Source: Promethearchaeota archaeon
GTDB taxonomy: Archaea > Asgardarchaeota > Lokiarchaeia > Sigyniarchaeales > SOKP01
Direction: 5' to 3'
DNA length: 42,947 bases
Assembly: GCA_048939015.1 (NCBI GenBank)
Contig: JBHLPW010000046.1
Coordinates: 1-42,947 of the forward strand
In this document: one piece after another, positions 40,415 through 42,947 of the stretch
Layout of the letters: every line of letters begins with the position of its first letter
Position numbering within the stretch: position 1 is the stretch's first letter
Notes under the pieces: generated by a model
Database searches by the model: none
Seen by the model: the letters and a program-made list of their open reading frames with translations, nothing else
What the model was told of the DNA's origin: nothing
Made by a program: the position numbers and the translations under genes

Positions 40415-40819
40415 TTCGTCGATGGTAGTTATTCCATTGATAATTATCGGTGAGAAAATATCTCATCCATCATGGATGACATACACCCTTAATTGGTAAG
40501 GCCTCGTGGAAGTACATCTCATAAGGCGATACATGCGAGAAATTGATGACACAGACACGAACATCTAAAAAATGCATCAGTACGGCACATGAATTACCCT
40601 ATGAATGAGATGATACGGGAAACGATACGCTACGCCAAGCATGAAAATCATGCTCATAGGAACATACTCCCTAATTAATATATGTCTTCTTATTATCGTC
40701 TCAAATCGTCATGAGTTATATTGAGTATTCTTAATAAAAAACTCAATTGACTTATTGTCTCCGAATACGCATACCCTTATACAAGTAATCTGAATCTTTC
40801 CTCAATTAGACGCCAATAC
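40415..40819 (+). other. Structured 5' leader (external transcribed spacer) of the 23S rRNA gene
   Basis: GC rises after a TTTTTAA box near 40390; several hairpins; no ORF, 16S or tRNA. Confidence 0.5.
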
Positions 40820-42947
40820 GCCTCCGCTATTTGGTGGATATCTTGGCTTGGGCACCGATGAAGAGCGTGACAAGCTGCGATAAGCTCGGGTTAGTCGCAA
40901 GAAGACGCTGACCCCGAGATGCTCGAATAGGACATCCGCTTGCGGCCCAATAATCCGCAAGATTCCCGGCAGGGAAGGGGAACCCTGGGAAGTAAAACAT
41001 TTTAGTACCAGGAGGAAAAGAAAACAATAGTGATTCCGTGAGTAACGGCGAGCGAAAGCGGATCAGATCAAACCGAATCCCTAGGGAAACCTAGTGGAAA
41101 TGTGGTGTGTGGGCCTTGTACGACCTCACTAGAGAAGATGAATACCTCTGGAATGCTGAGCCATAGAGCGTGACAGCCGCGTAATCGTAATCTAGAAGGT
41201 TGCTGCGAGAGTCCCCGAGTAATGCGGGATGGTTTTCTCGTATGAAAATGCCAGATACACGCTGGTAAATCTAAATATGTCCCAAGACCGATAGCGTAAT
41301 AGTAGCGTGAGCGAAAGATGAAAAGTAACCCGGAAGGGCTGTGAAAAGTGCTTGAAACCAAATAGCTTAGTAAGGATGCAGCCTGAAAGGACAGATTCTG
41401 CATGAATGAGTTCTGGTGACAGAACATCAGAATACAGAGGACTAGGGTCGCATCATCAGTCTGGAATCATTGGCCAGGGAGTTTATAGTAGTGGCAAGCT
41501 TAAGCGCCTCACGGCGCGTAGGCATAGGGAAACCAATATTCTTGCAACCTAATTATCACATTAGGAAGGTCTATTCGTCTAAGTTTGGTTCTGCCATTCT
41601 GAACACGTTTAGATAAACCTTCTAAGGAATTAGGCCAGAAGAATGGTCTAAAAGGGCCAAAAGTCTCTGCTATAATACCCGAAGCCGGTCGATCTATTCC
41701 TGGTCAAGATGAAGTCGTTCGAAAGGACGATGGAGGTCTGCACCAGTGCTGACGTGCAATTCGCTTGGATGAACTGGGAATAGGAGCAAAAGGCTAATCT
41801 AGATCGGTGATAGCTGGTTCTCCCCGAAGTTGGTATCAGCCAAGTCTCAGACGAGGCAGCCAGTGGCGTAGAGCACTAATTGCATGGTATGGGGAAGAAA
41901 TTCCTCGCCACGCTCTTAAACTCCGAAACTGCTGGCACCGCAGACTCTGGGAAACGGGTTGGTGGGCGTAAAGTCCATCGCCGAGAAGGGAACAACCTAG
42001 ACTTGGGTTAAGGTCCCAAAGTGCAGGTTAAGTGTTAAACTAAAGGGCGTTATATTTCTAAAACAGCAAAAGGATAGGTATAGAAGTAGCCATTCCCTAA
42101 CGAGTGTGTAACAACTCATTTGCCGAGAAATATAGCCCCGAAAATGGACGGGGCTCAAATCTGCCACCGAGACCCAAGAGCACGGGCGGAAGAACCCCGT
42201 GATCTGGTAGGGGAGCGTCCGGATGGAGCAGAAGCAGGTGTGTGAGCTCCTGTGGATCCTACCGGAGTGAAAATCCTGGTAATAGTAAAAGCATAGATGG
42301 GTTAGAATCCCATCCGCCGAAAGGGCAAGGGTTTCTTTGCAATGCGTCGTCAGCGAAGAGTTAGTCGATCCTAAGCGCACCCTTAACTGGCATGCGCGAA
42401 AGGGAAACAGGTTTATATTCCTGTACCACGGCACTACAAATAGCGGTAACGCACGACTGTATGCCAACGGTTCAGGGTAGGTGGAATAGGGCCGTCGAAT
42501 ATCTCCCTATTTAAATGCATAAGGCTGGTAAATAGTGTAACACTTAGACCCAGCTTAAACCATGAATAGCCATCCAATTGTGGAAGGTTCCGCCGAACCC
42601 AGGATCTATTAAAAACGCAACAGTAAGAAATGCCGTGATCGTACCCAGAACCAACACAGGTGCCCCTAGGTGAGTAGCCTAAGGCGTATTCGTGTAAAGG
42701 AGGCTAGGGAAATCGACAAAATAGAGCCGTAACTTTGGGATAAGGCTTGCTTGCGGATTTCTACACGCAGCTTCGGCAGTGTGCAGGGGCCCACAAGTTG
42801 CAATAACTAGGGGGGGACGACTGTTTAATAAAAACATAGGTCACTGAAAGAGTGAAAACTTATGTACAGTGGCTGAAACCTGGCCAGTGGCAGTCTGATA
42901 AATCCGGGTTACAACCCGAGTAAGTCCTGCTAAACGCCGGGAGTAAC
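40820..42947 (+). rRNA. rrl: 23S rRNA, partial (runs off window end near helix 69); 5' end approximate
   Basis: CCGATGAAG..CGTG..AAGCTGCGATAAGC, AGTAACGGCGAGCGAA, GATAGCTGGTTCTCCCCGAA, GACTGTTTAATAAAAACA. Confidence 0.98.

Noticed and set aside
40827-42467. Minus-strand ORFs within the rRNA
   Set aside because: Typical spurious antisense-rRNA ORFs
1-42947. CRISPR arrays, transposases, integrases, tRNA-derived att repeats, selenoprotein UGA readthrough
   Set aside because: None seen by eye; recognisable TGA-ending genes appear complete at their stops

Overview
AT-rich archaeal chromosomal window that most resembles an Asgard archaeon (Lokiarchaeia-like). This is inferred from a Rab-like GTPase, a tandem roadblock protein, a profilin, a RING-like zinc finger, PAC2/PAC4-type chaperones and a 23S rRNA with an ES9-like insertion. 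It is mostly housekeeping: thermosome, Tsr3, aIF1/SUI1, RPA subunits, TFB, RpoP, FtsZ, aIF2beta-DUF424-NMD3-RIO1-Dim2, aRF1, GET3/ArsA, CoA and methanofuran enzymes. There are five tRNAs (four with BHB introns, two of them with two introns) and the 5' two-thirds of a stand-alone 23S rRNA. Main observations missed by the ORF track: (1) a 38-aa signal-peptide ORF predicted to release a 9-aa peptide (QGAGGGGNP), upstream of a >921-aa protein with repeated Lrp/AsnC-like modules, which is a candidate peptide-signalling pair; (2) the aIF1/SUI1 gene apparently has to start at a non-canonical AUU codon, suggesting IF3/eIF1-style autoregulation; (3) a tRNA-Leu(CAA) whose anticodon sits on a 5-nt micro-exon; (4) a tRNA-Glu with C33. 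No CRISPR array or mobile element was seen. All family calls come from motif recognition by eye, not from database searches.
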